A stretch of 63,885 bases of DNA, filler included, from Candidatus Fermentibacterota bacterium (lineage in GTDB: Bacteria; JAFGKV01): assembly GCA_016928395.1 (NCBI GenBank). It is 9 parts of 9 records of this genome, joined end to end, with 100 filler letters (N's around TTAATTAATTAA, not from the genome) between each part and the next. Parts side by side here need not be neighbours in the genome. Positions count along the whole stretch, not along the records: positions 22,733 to 32,371 come from JAFGKV010000339.1; positions 32,472 to 37,860 come from JAFGKV010000340.1; 7 more parts are not named here. One strand, 5' to 3'. The notes beneath the pieces are model-generated. The model was given only the letters and a program-made list of their open reading frames with translations, did not search any database and was not told the DNA's origin. Shown here one piece after another: positions 27,527 to 37,369 of the stretch. The translations under genes were made by a program, and so were the position numbers. Every line of letters starts with the position of its first letter. Position 1 is the first letter of the stretch.

Positions 27527-29404
27527 ATGCGCGTGCAACTCATCGGAGTGTGTGTCGTCTCCCTCATTGTCTCATCGCCCTCGGTGCGTGCACAGCCCCG
27601 CGACGTCGTGCTCAACGGATCATTCGAGAACGGCCTCGCCTGGGACGGGCTTCGGCCTCAGTACTGGACGGTGGGTTTCCCCGGAGAAGCTCCTATTGAT
27701 TCTCTGGGAACATGGGATCTTGACGGCACGGCAGCAGCCTCGGGCACCGTGAGCCTGCATCTCACCTCCCACACAACTGAGGAGTGGTATTTCCTGGCCC
27801 AAGCGCTTGATGCACCCACGTTCGATCTTGAGGGCAAAGAGGTGTCATTCTCGCTCCAGGTGAAGACCAACGATTCCACCGGTGTCTATGCCCTGGTCGC
27901 GGCCTTCAATCCCGACGTGCCTGACACCGGCGACTTCGGTTCATCCGTTGGGCATGTCATCCTGGCGCCCTCGCCATCCGATTCGGGATTCACCCGTCTC
28001 GAGGGATCCTTCGTGGCCTGGGATGCGGCTGCGGCGTTGGCCTTAGTATTGGCCGTCGAGGGCAACGGCACCGAGGCATGGTTCGATGACGTCGCGGTGA
28101 TATTCGAGCCGGCGGTGCCCGGGCCCGGACCTGACTGGTCAGAGGTTGAAGACCCCTTGGGCGGGCAGCAGAGGACGTTTCACCTGGGGACCGTCTCGGA
28201 GCTGGCGCGCAACCTCTCCGAAGCGGCGTACGAAGACCTGCCCCTCGAGGTCAGCGAAGCCGGTGACATGATCAACGTGTTCACGCACATACAGTGGAAC
28301 TCGTTGCGCGGTGCACCCCTGCTGGAGGGTCATGACAGGCCCCTCCAGATCGCATCTCGGGCAGAGGCATTGGGGCTAAGCCGTATGCTCACCTTCGATT
28401 TCACCCATGACGATCCGGAGGGTGTGGGGTACATCAACCCCATGCCCGACGGCACGCCTGTCACCGCGCTGACTGGCGAGGTGCGACGTGCTTACGTGGA
28501 CGAACTCGTGGCGTTGGTTGAGGCCGTTGCTCCGGAAATCGTGAGCGTCGGGATCGAAACCAACATCTTCCAGACATTCTGCCCAGGCCAGTGGCCGGAC
28601 TTCCTCCTGATGATGCAAGAGGCCCGCGCCGCCCTCTCCGTGTACCCGGATCTCCACGTGACCACCTACTGCACCCTGGATGCCGTGCTCACCCTCGATG
28701 GCAGGGTTCTCAGTCCGCAGGAGTCTCCCTGGCTGCAGGTGCTTCCCTACTGCGACTCGGTTGCCTACAGCTTCTACCCACAACTCGCCGACACCACGGT
28801 CCTGCACATCGACGGCTACTTCGCCCGTCCGCAACTGGCTGCGCCGGGCACACCGCTGCTGATCCCGGAATTCGGCTGCCGGTCAGATACCGCACAGGGG
28901 TTCTCGGAATCGCTCCAATGCCGGCTCCTGTCGAAGGTCGTGCAGGATGTGGCATCCCTGGAACCCCACACCGAAGCAGTCATCTGGTTTGCGCTGTATG
29001 ACTTCCAGTACCTGGGTGCTCCTCCCTGGTTCAAGGAGAACTTCGCCACGCTGGGATTGCGGGACTATGCGGGGACACCGAAAGCCTCGCACGTGGCATT
29101 CCAGAAGATGAGAGCGCATCCGCTGGGCGGGCTGGGGAGACCCCCGATACCCGAGATCGCTTCGATCGAAGCGTCCCCCAATCCCTGTGACGGTGCATGC
29201 ACGATCCGTCTCGCCGCCGTGTTCCCTGGCCAGCGGGACCTGCACGTCTACGACATGGCTGGTCGCCTGCACACCACGGTGCCCGTGCCTCCGGCCCACC
29301 ACAGCGTTCGATGGACCACGGCCACCATGCCCATCGGCGCGTATCTGATCCGATCCGGGAACGGGGATGACACGGCCCACGCGCTCATCACCGTGATCCA
29401 TTGA
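27527..29404 (+). CDS. Secreted CBM-like + clan-A glycoside hydrolase-like protein with C-terminal sorting domain
   Basis: Signal peptide; LNGSFE..WFDDV; GIETN and LIPEFG glutamates; SPNP..VYDMAGR..G.Y C-terminus. Confidence 0.65.
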   Translation: MRVQLIGVCVVSLIVSSPSVRAQPRDVVLNGSFENGLAWDGLRPQYWTVGFPGEAPIDSLGTWDLDGTAAASGTVSLHLTSHTTEEWYFLAQALDAPTFDLEGKEVSFSLQVKTNDSTGVYALVAAFNPDVPDTGDFGSSVGHVILAPSPSDSGFTRLEGSFVAWDAAAALALVLAVEGNGTEAWFDDVAVIFEPAVPGPGPDWSEVEDPLGGQQRTFHLGTVSELARNLSEAAYEDLPLEVSEAGDMINVFTHIQWNSLRGAPLLEGHDRPLQIASRAEALGLSRMLTFDFTHDDPEGVGYINPMPDGTPVTALTGEVRRAYVDELVALVEAVAPEIVSVGIETNIFQTFCPGQWPDFLLMMQEARAALSVYPDLHVTTYCTLDAVLTLDGRVLSPQESPWLQVLPYCDSVAYSFYPQLADTTVLHIDGYFARPQLAAPGTPLLIPEFGCRSDTAQGFSESLQCRLLSKVVQDVASLEPHTEAVIWFALYDFQYLGAPPWFKENFATLGLRDYAGTPKASHVAFQKMRAHPLGGLGRPPIPEIASIEASPNPCDGACTIRLAAVFPGQRDLHVYDMAGRLHTTVPVPPAHHSVRWTTATMPIGAYLIRSGNGDDTAHALITVIH

Positions 29405-29428
29405 GGATTGCACCGAGCGTCTGGATCC

Positions 29429-29848
29429 CTATAGCAGAACGAACGCACGGCCATTCGGGAGACGGTAGCGCGTGAAATCGGCAACGTCGGTGGTCATGAT
29501 CACCACGATGCCTGTCTCGCACGCAAGCCAGTACAGCGATGCATCGGCAAGATCCATTTCTCGCCTCGCCACCTCGGCGTATCGCTCCATCCAGCTCACC
29601 ATCTCGCCTAAGTGACGTTCCTCGAACGGGTACACCACCGCGCCTCCAGCCTCCAGCCAGCGCAGCAGCTCATAGCGCTGCGGCACGGTGAGGAGGTAGG
29701 ATGCCTCGACTACGCACGGCCACGTCGTCATCAATTGAAGACCATGCCGTGACAATTCTGTCACGAGGGTATCGAAACGCCTATGATGGTGATCATCGAC
29801 GGCGAAAAGCGCGATGAGAGGCCCTGCATCAATCAGAACGCTTCGCAC
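29429..29848 (-). CDS. vapC: VapC PIN-domain toxin
   Basis: VLIDAGPLIAL, TTWPCVVEASY, MDLADASL, TTD..DF..YR. Confidence 0.9.
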   Translation of the reverse strand: MRSVLIDAGPLIALFAVDDHHHRRFDTLVTELSRHGLQLMTTWPCVVEASYLLTVPQRYELLRWLEAGGAVVYPFEERHLGEMVSWMERYAEVARREMDLADASLYWLACETGIVVIMTTDVADFTRYRLPNGRAFVLL

Positions 29849-30068
29849 GCAGCTTCGCTCTTACTTGCGCCGAGACGTCTTCCGAGGCGCTCGGGGCTCC
29901 CATTGGCGTCAAGCTCCGGATCTCCCGCAGCAGACGGGCAGGATCCTTGAGGCCCAAGGCACGCTCGAGTGCGTCGATCACCAAAGCAGATTTCGTAACC
30001 CCGCGTCGACGAGCCTCTTGCTCCACGCGCGCCTCCAGTGTGGCATCCAGTCTGACCGACATTGGCAT
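29829..30068 (-). CDS. Ribbon-helix-helix antitoxin
   Basis: SVRLD..LEARV..EARRRGVTKSALVIDALE; overlaps the toxin start. Confidence 0.85.
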   Translation of the reverse strand: MPMSVRLDATLEARVEQEARRRGVTKSALVIDALERALGLKDPARLLREIRSLTPMGAPSASEDVSAQVRAKLRAKRSD

Positions 30069-30099
30069 GGGTCCCTCCAGAGAAGCGTACTACCGTACT

Positions 30100-30128
30100 A
30101 CAGTAATCACAGCCGTGCGGCATGTCAA
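30100..30128 (-). promoter_or_regulatory. Promoter of the RHH-VapC module
   Basis: On the minus strand TTGACA-17nt-TACTGT, overlapping tandem GTAGTAC repeats. Confidence 0.6.
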
Positions 30129-30379
30129 GCATGGGAGGCATGGTCACAGCGACTACGCAGGGTCACCAATCAGCCCCCTCCCGGCAGAGCAGATGCAGCA
30201 GGGTGTCGTAGGGTTGGCTGCGGGGTCGGGCATCGCCCTGCTGCATTCTCGGGGAGCTGCACGGGGGCGTGACATGTGACCGACTGCACAGCCTGCCGCA
30301 GGCAGGGTGACGTCAGGGTCTCCGGCGAGTATCGTCCAAGTACACAAGGGCTCTTTGATGTACACAAAAGGAGGAATCC

Positions 30380-30793
30380 ATGACCATGAATACGGTGGGC
30401 GTCCGGGATCTGCGCCAGAAGCTCAGCACGTACCTGGACGTCGCCAAGGCCGGACACAAGGTGGCGATCACCGAGCGCGGCCGCATAGTGGCACGGCTTG
30501 TGCCGCCGGAGGTGGACCCAGGAGACCGGTTGGAGGCTCTCAGGAATGCCGGATTGATCAGGTGGTCCGGTAGGCGGCTGCCTCCAGCTGAACCCGTGGC
30601 CCGGCTTCGTGGCAGGAAGCTTGTGGCGGAGCTCGTGTCGGGGGGGACCCTGTTGGGTCAAATCTTGAATCTACAATCTTCCCGTCCCGCCTCCGTGGCA
30701 TTCGCGTCCCGTGTCCGGATCTCTCTCCATACCAGCCTGGATTGCGCGAACCAGCCGGGCAATGACGGGGCGTTGAGAGTGAGCACCAAGTAG
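30380..30793 (+). CDS. Orphan Phd/YefM antitoxin; native 3' end replaced from about 30640-30655
   Basis: VGVRDLRQKLSTYL..G..VAITERGRIVARLVP; reads through a RAYT end motif; no toxin follows. Confidence 0.8.
   Translation: MTMNTVGVRDLRQKLSTYLDVAKAGHKVAITERGRIVARLVPPEVDPGDRLEALRNAGLIRWSGRRLPPAEPVARLRGRKLVAELVSGGTLLGQILNLQSSRPASVAFASRVRISLHTSLDCANQPGNDGALRVSTK
30655..30680 (+). repeat. Solo copy of the RAYT end motif
   Basis: GGGTCAAATCTTGAATCTACAATCTT. Confidence 0.8.
30737..30766. repeat. Half of a GTCAT...ATGAC palindromic repeat family
   Basis: CTGGATTGCGCGAACCAGCCGGGCAATGAC, similar to 58003-58032. Confidence 0.55.
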
Positions 30794-30899
30794 CGAAGTG
30801 CCGACGCCGGCACGACCCGTGTTGGGATCGCCGGTGAGGGCCTTCCCCGGGGGAAGACGCCCAGCCGTCTGGAGTTCTCAGCAGTCGCGCGCCGTGTGG

Positions 30900-32289
30900 T
30901 CAGGGTGAGGCTTTGAATTCCCACTCGCCCGGCGCTACACCGAAGAAAAGGTGCGTGGGGCTCGGCGTGTCGAATTCGACTCCTTCGAGATGCCCGTGGC
31001 GCCCGCCGCGCCCCCACACGGGATACCCATTCGCGGTAATGCGTTCCCACGAGACGGCGTGATACCGCGGAATGCCCACCATTGCGGCTGTGCCCGGAGG
31101 CGAATGCATGCGCAGTATGAACGAAGAGTCGGCCCGCTCGAGATGCACCACGATGGGGCCCTTGATCGTGGGAACGGTCGCGTCGACGGAGCGAAGAGGC
31201 CCCATCTGGGGCATGAGGCGATAGCGCCCATACCCGGGCTCAAGGGGAGCAACCCCCAGCACATACTGAGACAGCAGAGTCAGCGGCCCCCCGGCCCAGC
31301 CGTGATTGTAGCTTTCCCCTACCCGGTACCAGTGTTCCCAGAGGGTCGTGAGATCGCTCTCCACCATGCCCGCGTAGCGGCGCTTCATCCGGGCGAGACC
31401 GCCGAACGCGTCGCCCATCACGAAGAAGGCTTCCAGCACATACTTTTCCATGTAGGGGCTCGCGTGTGACTGGCGAGCCAGCAGCCGACGCAACGAACCC
31501 CACTTCGATCGATCCGCGATGCCCGCAACGACTGCCAGCCCATTCGCACGGTCGTCGGCGCTGGAGATGTGGCGGGGTGAACGATACCCGCTCCGCCTGC
31601 GCCACCACCGTCGGTTGACGCTCCTGATCAGGCCTGCCCGTCTCTTGGGGAAGGCTCGCGCATCGGCGGTGTCGCCGCAGACTGTGGCCATCCTTTCGGC
31701 GGATTCCAGCGCCATGCAGTACCATGCAACTTCGATCATGTCGCGATCCTGGTTGTCGCCCCAGTCAACCCAATCCCAATCTCCCGCTCGAGGCACGAGC
31801 AGGCCGTCGCCCCCGATGCTCCACAGGTTCAGGTAGCCGCGCACGTGAGGGTAGACGTAGCGGATGGTCTCCTTGTCGCCGGTGGCCATGTAGTAGGTCC
31901 AGAATCCCTGGATCCCGACCGCAGCAAGCATCTGACAGGGGACTTCCTTGTTCCACGAGCCGGACGGGACCGGCGAGTACAGCACACCGTCCGCGCGGCG
32001 CCAATCGACAAGATTGCGCATCGCCTTCCTGACGAGGGAGTGTGCGCGTGTGTCACAGCAGTAGAAGATCTGCCCCGCGATGGTGACTGCGTCTCCCCAC
32101 CACTGCGCCCGCTCCCTGTCGGGATCCTGAATGCCGTCGCGCATCGAGACACGGAGGGTGTTCGCTGCCTTGTGCCACAGCGCGGTGTAAAACGAGTCGT
32201 CGCAGGCAAAAGAGCCCGTGAACTCCGTGGCGAAGCTCGTCTCACGGTATCCGAGCCTGAGGATTTCAACACCGGGGGGGATGTCATAG
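30900..32289 (-). pseudogene. Alpha-L-rhamnosidase (GH78)-like gene, 5' part cut off by an IS end
   Basis: DPDRERAQWWGD, WVDWG, TTLWEHW, NHGWAG, GVAPLEPGY, VPTIKG; the ORF-track start MKYPG comes from the IS end. Confidence 0.8.
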
Positions 32290-32371
32290 CCCGGATATTT
32301 CATGAGGGGTTGGGATCGGGGGTAAAAGAGGGGTGGAGCCTGGCCAGACGAGACCGAGCCGCGATCGCCTC
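32290..32371. mobile_element. End of a multicopy IS, IS1380-like
   Basis: 82 nt identical to 37779-37860; begins CCCGGATATTTCAT; interrupts a gene; at a contig end. Confidence 0.7.
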
Positions 32372-32472
32372 NNNNNNNNNNNNNNNNNNNNNNNNNNNNN
32401 NNNNNNNNNNNNNNNTTAATTAATTAANNNNNNNNNNNNNNNNNNNNNNNNNNNNNNNNNNNNNNNNNNNNC

Positions 32473-34131
32473 ATGGCCAGCGGTTTAGTGCCGGGGACGG
32501 AGGTGAGCGGATCGGTCGACTCGGGCACGCAAGCCGCCATCAGGGCCACGAATACGGCCACCACGGGCACGGCGTACGGGGTCTATGGCCTCAGTTCCTC
32601 CACGGCCGGCAGAGGCGTCTATGGAGCAGTCTCCTCCCCCACGGGGTTCACATACGGGGTCGTGGGCACGACCGCCTCCAGCCAGGGCGCCGGAGTATTT
32701 GGTTCGGCCTCCGCCTCAGCGGGCGGAACGTATGGCGGTCGGTTCGAGAGCTCCTCCACCAGCGGAATTGGCGTCTATGGCCGGACCTATGCGACTGATG
32801 GCGTCACCTATGGAGTACGCGCCGAATGCTCGTCTACCGGCGCACGTGGCGTGTACGCCTGGGCCTCAGCCACGAGTGGCCAGACCTACGGCGGGTGGTT
32901 CGAGTGCAATTCCACCTCAGGCACCGGAGTCATCGCCTATTCCAACGCCACTTCGGGCACCACGTACGGTGGCCGGTTTCAGAGCTCCTCCTCGGCAGGC
33001 AGAGGCGTCTGCGGATACGCTTCTGCAATCTCCGGCACCACGTACGGCGTGCACGGCTACAGTGCTTCCACATCAGGCACGGGCGTGTACGGCAGGGCCT
33101 CGGCTACGTCGGGCACGACCTGCGGGGTCTACGGGTCCAGCGCATCAACCGCCGGCACCGGTGTCCGCGGGACTGCCGACACCTCCACTGGCGTTACGTA
33201 CGGTGGATCGTTCGAGAGTGCCTCGATCGCCGGCACCGGTGTCCGCGGCATAGCCTCGGCTACGTCCGGCACAAACTATGGGGTCGTGGGCGTGAACTAC
33301 TCTCTGACCGGCACGGGCGTGTATGGGGTAGCGTATTCGACCTCCGGCTTCCCCTACGGAGTCTATGGGCTGATCTACTCCACGGCGGGCAAAGGGGTCT
33401 TAGGCATCAGCAACGCAAGTACCGGTACCGCCAGCGGCGTGTACGGCCAGGGCAACTCATCCTCCGGCTTCGGCGTGTACTACGCCGGCAATCTGGCCGG
33501 CAGCGGCAGCAAGAGCTGCGTCGTCAGAACCTCCAAGGGACCGACCCTCATGTACTGCCAGGAGAGCCCCGAGAACTGGTTCGAAGACTTCGGGAGTGCT
33601 CGACTCGTGAACGGTCAAGCGAGGGTCGATCTGGATCCGCTGTTCCTCGAAACCGTGACGGTCGGCGAAGCCAACCCAATGCACGTCTTCGTGCAGCCCC
33701 AGGATCCCAGGTGCAAGGGGCTGGCCGTCATGCCCGGCTCTGCAGGGTTTGAGGTGGTGGAACTCTTGGAGGGCGCCTCAAACGGCGTCTTCTCATACCG
33801 CGTGGTCGCGAAGCGCAAAGGCTTCGAAGCGAAACGTCTTGACTACTGCAAAGCCGCGGAGCGAGACTCGTATCTGTATCCGGAACTGAGGGAGAAGGAA
33901 CGGGCCGAGCTGGAGGCGCATCGGGCGCGGCACGAGGAGGAACGGGCGAGACGTGGAAATGAGCCGACGCCGGTCGAGCGTGCACACTCGAGGGTAAAGG
34001 AAATAGCTGAGGAGGCCGACATCTGGGCCACGGATGCCCCCGCATACGGGGAGCTTTCGGCCAGAGAATCGAGACCACAGAGCAGCGAGGAGACCGAAGG
34101 GGCGAGCAGGAGACGCGTATGCCGGCCCTAG
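32473..34131 (+). CDS. G/S/T-rich 26-aa repeat fibre-like protein, 5' end missing
   Basis: About 12 repeats of S.ST.G.GV.G.A.A.SG.TYG...; C-terminal ESPENWFEDFGSARLVNG..VDLDP.F domain and charged coil. Confidence 0.75.
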   Translation: MASGLVPGTEVSGSVDSGTQAAIRATNTATTGTAYGVYGLSSSTAGRGVYGAVSSPTGFTYGVVGTTASSQGAGVFGSASASAGGTYGGRFESSSTSGIGVYGRTYATDGVTYGVRAECSSTGARGVYAWASATSGQTYGGWFECNSTSGTGVIAYSNATSGTTYGGRFQSSSSAGRGVCGYASAISGTTYGVHGYSASTSGTGVYGRASATSGTTCGVYGSSASTAGTGVRGTADTSTGVTYGGSFESASIAGTGVRGIASATSGTNYGVVGVNYSLTGTGVYGVAYSTSGFPYGVYGLIYSTAGKGVLGISNASTGTASGVYGQGNSSSGFGVYYAGNLAGSGSKSCVVRTSKGPTLMYCQESPENWFEDFGSARLVNGQARVDLDPLFLETVTVGEANPMHVFVQPQDPRCKGLAVMPGSAGFEVVELLEGASNGVFSYRVVAKRKGFEAKRLDYCKAAERDSYLYPELREKERAELEAHRARHEEERARRGNEPTPVERAHSRVKEIAEEADIWATDAPAYGELSARESRPQSSEETEGASRRRVCRP

Positions 34132-34259
34132 CGGCAGCAGCCCGGCTCCCCTATTGTGCTGGGGGGCAACGGCCCCTCCTTCGACCGTGACCCGAAATGG
34201 AAGACCGGGAAAGACCTGCGGCGAACCGCGATCCGTGAACCCTCACCAAGGAGTCTGTC

Positions 34260-35489
34260 ATGAGATTCGTTCTGTGTGCCCTTCTGATTCTCCCCGCATC
34301 GTGTTTCGCCTTCACGTGGACGGCGTTCGGGCCGGACGAGGCCAGCATCACCGGCTGGTGTTTTCACCAGGAACCGCCCACGTATTCCGTGCTGGCCACG
34401 ACGACTGGAATCCTCCTCGATCAGGGCTCCGGCTGGGTGCCCTTCACCTATGGCGCCCTCCCCTGCGAAGGCGCTGCCCATCTCGATGCTGAACGAATGC
34501 TGGTGGCGCTGGCCGACAGCTCCTGGTCGGACGGCATCTACACCTTCGACCTGACCACCCACCAGTTTCTGGTGGTTACATGGTGTATCCATCCCAGGTT
34601 TCTGGTGCACTACCCTGATCTGGGAGCGTACTACGCAGGGTATGACCCCGGGCTTCTTGTGTCCACGGACGGGCTGAACTGGGCTGACGTTCCCGGTGTC
34701 GGCAGTGAGCGCTGCCTCGCCATGGCGCAGCATGGGAACCATCTCGTGGTGGCGGGGGAAACCTTGATCCACTGGTCAGATGACGCAGGGGTGACATGGC
34801 ATCAGGCCCAGCCAGATGCACCACACCTCTGTGATCTTGAGTTCTCGCAAGATGGCACCCTCTTCGGCATTGGCCCGGGCAAGGGGATGTACTCCGGTCT
34901 CTGGTCATCGCGCGACTTCGGCGACACGTGGGAAAGGGATTTTTGGGGCCTGTTCATGTCATCGGTGACGGTCGACTGCGACGGCACCGTGTTTGCCGGG
35001 TGGAACAATCCCGGTTCGGGCGGCTTCATCGACTGTGGCGTGGCGATGTGGAACCCTGTCAGCCATGAGCTGATCTACCTCAATGCGGGGCTGCCCGATT
35101 CGTTGGTCAATGCATTGGGGAGCAATCCACTGGTGGATTGCCGTTCGATCATGTGCGGCACCGCGGCCGGGGCGCACTATCTCACCGGCTACCTCACGGC
35201 CCCTCAGCTCGGCATCGAACTGACAGCGCCGTCCGCTGCCCGGCTTTCCTGGGCCCCGGGAGGAAGCCCTGACTACTTCGACATCTACCGGAGCCAGAAC
35301 CCCTTCCCGACCGGCACCGGATCCGCGTGGGCCACGGTCGAGGGAACGGTACTCCAGTATTACCTCACCGACGGCATCGGCGACGAGTCTATAGACTACT
35401 ACTACGTCATCCGGGGCCGTGACGCCATGCAGACATCTCCGAAATCGGGCACGGTCGGGGATGCCGACTTCGCGACGAACATCCCGTGA
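34260..35489 (+). CDS. Secreted Asp-box/BNR beta-propeller protein with FN3-like C-terminus
   Basis: Signal peptide; STDGLNW, SDDAGVTW, SRDFGDTW. Confidence 0.7.
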   Translation: MRFVLCALLILPASCFAFTWTAFGPDEASITGWCFHQEPPTYSVLATTTGILLDQGSGWVPFTYGALPCEGAAHLDAERMLVALADSSWSDGIYTFDLTTHQFLVVTWCIHPRFLVHYPDLGAYYAGYDPGLLVSTDGLNWADVPGVGSERCLAMAQHGNHLVVAGETLIHWSDDAGVTWHQAQPDAPHLCDLEFSQDGTLFGIGPGKGMYSGLWSSRDFGDTWERDFWGLFMSSVTVDCDGTVFAGWNNPGSGGFIDCGVAMWNPVSHELIYLNAGLPDSLVNALGSNPLVDCRSIMCGTAAGAHYLTGYLTAPQLGIELTAPSAARLSWAPGGSPDYFDIYRSQNPFPTGTGSAWATVEGTVLQYYLTDGIGDESIDYYYVIRGRDAMQTSPKSGTVGDADFATNIP

Positions 35490-35575
35490 GGGGCGCGGCG
35501 CCGACAAGAATGCCTCGGGAACGCGCGAGGAATCGAGGCATCAGGTGACTGAGAAGGCCTAGAGAGGCGAAACCG

Positions 35576-36337
35576 GTGCCTTTTCTTGCTCGAGACACAT
35601 GGCCGGGAATCGCGGCCTTGATCATCGTGGCGGGCGCTGCGGTCATTGCCTATCGTGGGATGCGATTCGAGGACACCGGCATCGATGCCCGGCTGGGGTG
35701 TTTTCGTCCCGTACGGATGGTCAATGTGTTCGAGGCCGACCTGGCCATCGGCAGGTCGCTCATACAGCAAGCGGCAAGTTGGTCAGCACGGCATGATGAC
35801 TATGCGGTGGTGGTGGACAAGAGCGCCTACACGCTCTTCGTCTACAAGGGCGGTGACACTGTAGCCGTCTTCCCGGTGGAACTGGGGCGCGACCCTGTCG
35901 ACCCCAAGGATCGTGAAGGGGATGGGCGAACGCCGGAGGGCTTCTATCGGATCGTGGCCCGCAAAGACCGGGGACAGACGATCTTCTACCGGGCGTTTCT
36001 CATCGACTACCCCACTGCACAAGACCGGGCCGCCGGGCGAACAGGCGGCGCCATCGAGATCCATGGATCAGGTTCCGGCATCAGGCCCAGGGAGGGCTGG
36101 TTCAGCCCTCCGCCCCGCCAGGTCGGCACAAACTGGACCGCCGGCTGCGTCGGGCTTCACGATGCCCATGTCGATAGCCTCTTCGGGTTCAGTGCGGGAG
36201 TCAGGCATATCGGCATCGGCACGCCGGTGTCTATCGTCTATGCCGGCTCGCTACCGGATTCACTCTATCGGATCGTGGCTGCCCCCACAAAGCGTGGACC
36301 TGTGTCCTTCCTGGTCTCCTGTCGCGAGGCTGCCTAG
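35576..36337 (+). CDS. L,D-transpeptidase (YkuD family)
   Basis: VVDKS..L, K.REGDGRTPEG.Y, IDYP, IEIHG, WTAGCVGL. Confidence 0.9.
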   Translation: MPFLARDTWPGIAALIIVAGAAVIAYRGMRFEDTGIDARLGCFRPVRMVNVFEADLAIGRSLIQQAASWSARHDDYAVVVDKSAYTLFVYKGGDTVAVFPVELGRDPVDPKDREGDGRTPEGFYRIVARKDRGQTIFYRAFLIDYPTAQDRAAGRTGGAIEIHGSGSGIRPREGWFSPPPRQVGTNWTAGCVGLHDAHVDSLFGFSAGVRHIGIGTPVSIVYAGSLPDSLYRIVAAPTKRGPVSFLVSCREAA

Positions 36338-36498
36338 TCCGCCTTAGACCGCGTGCGGTTGCGTGCCGCCGGGCAGGGCTGCCCATGGTATCCTTCTCCC
36401 TGTCCCCTTTACCTTCGCCTGTTCTCGGCGTTCCTTGCGTGCGTTGACCTTGACAGGCTCCACCATCGGAGCCGCACACCGCATGAAGGGAGCCCTCC

Positions 36499-36987
36499 AT
36501 GAAACACCTGTACATCATGCGCCACGCAGAGGCTGAGGACCTGGAAACCGGCGGCGACGACGCAGAACGCCCGCTCACCAAGAGGGGCAGGAAGGCCGCC
36601 CGCGCCATGGGGCGATGGATAACAGGCCAGGGAATCTCCCCCGAGGTCATTGCGACGAGCCCTCTGAAGCGGGCGATGCAGACCGCCAGAGCCGTGCGCA
36701 AAGCCATGGCCGGGCCGAAGCCGATGCTCATCCCCGAGCTGGCTGGGGAGTGTCCAGCCAAAGACCTGGCCGTCAGCCTGATGCCGGTGTTCGAAGGTGC
36801 GGAGACCGTGCTGGTGGTCGGCCACCAGCCCCAGCTTGCGCAGTTGGTCTCGCTCTTGGTCACGGGCGGGATCTACGGCCGGTTCGACCTCAAGAAGGGC
36901 TCGCTCTGTCGTATCGAGATGGAGACGCTCCTGCCCGCCAAGTGCGGCTCGCTGGACCTGGTCGTCACTCCCGAATCGATTCGCTAG
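36499..36987 (+). CDS. sixA: Phosphohistidine phosphatase SixA
   Basis: LYIMRHAEAE, D.ERPLT..G, TSPLKRA.QTA, LVVGHQP, KKGS. Confidence 0.9.
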   Translation: MKHLYIMRHAEAEDLETGGDDAERPLTKRGRKAARAMGRWITGQGISPEVIATSPLKRAMQTARAVRKAMAGPKPMLIPELAGECPAKDLAVSLMPVFEGAETVLVVGHQPQLAQLVSLLVTGGIYGRFDLKKGSLCRIEMETLLPAKCGSLDLVVTPESIR

Positions 36988-37257
36988 CCCGCGCCTCGGG
37001 ATCTGCCGGGACCGAGTGCCGCCTCTGAAGGCCGGGGCGCCCGCATTCATGGGGTGTGCGATTACGGAAAGCCAAAACGGTGGAGTGATGGAAGGTTGGA
37101 TGAAGGGATGGTTCGAGGGGGCAATACTTCGGAATGCCGGATTCGGGCTCCCTATTTGAGCGTACAGGCAACGCTCGTACAGGTACCCGTACTCGACTAC
37201 CCCAGCTCGTCGATTACGATTACGACAACGATATCGATACCGAACTCTCTCCCCCGC

Positions 37258-37331
37258 GGGCGACCAGGGACGGTCGCCCCTCCAAGGTGGATTGACATCG
37301 TCTCCGTAGGGGAGGGCGTCCCTGCCCTCCC
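37258..37331. repeat. Pair of GTAGGGG-type REP-like hairpins within a cluster of short repeats
   Basis: Minus GGAGGGGCGACC-GTCCCT-GGTCGCCC (37258-37283); plus GTAGGGGAGGGC-GTCCCT-GCCCTCCC (37306-37331). Confidence 0.7.
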
Positions 37332-37369
37332 GCACGCCGCTGGGCACCTCTTGATGCTGGCCGGGCTTG

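Noticed and set aside
24017-30793. TA modules as integron cassettes
   Set aside because: No RYYYAAC...GTTRRRY attC structures found by eye, and gene orientations are mixed.
32580-33500. Ice-nucleation protein or DGR-type repeat
   Set aside because: The period is 26 aa, not the 8/16/48 of INPs. There is no reverse transcriptase and no adenine-specific TR/VR pair.
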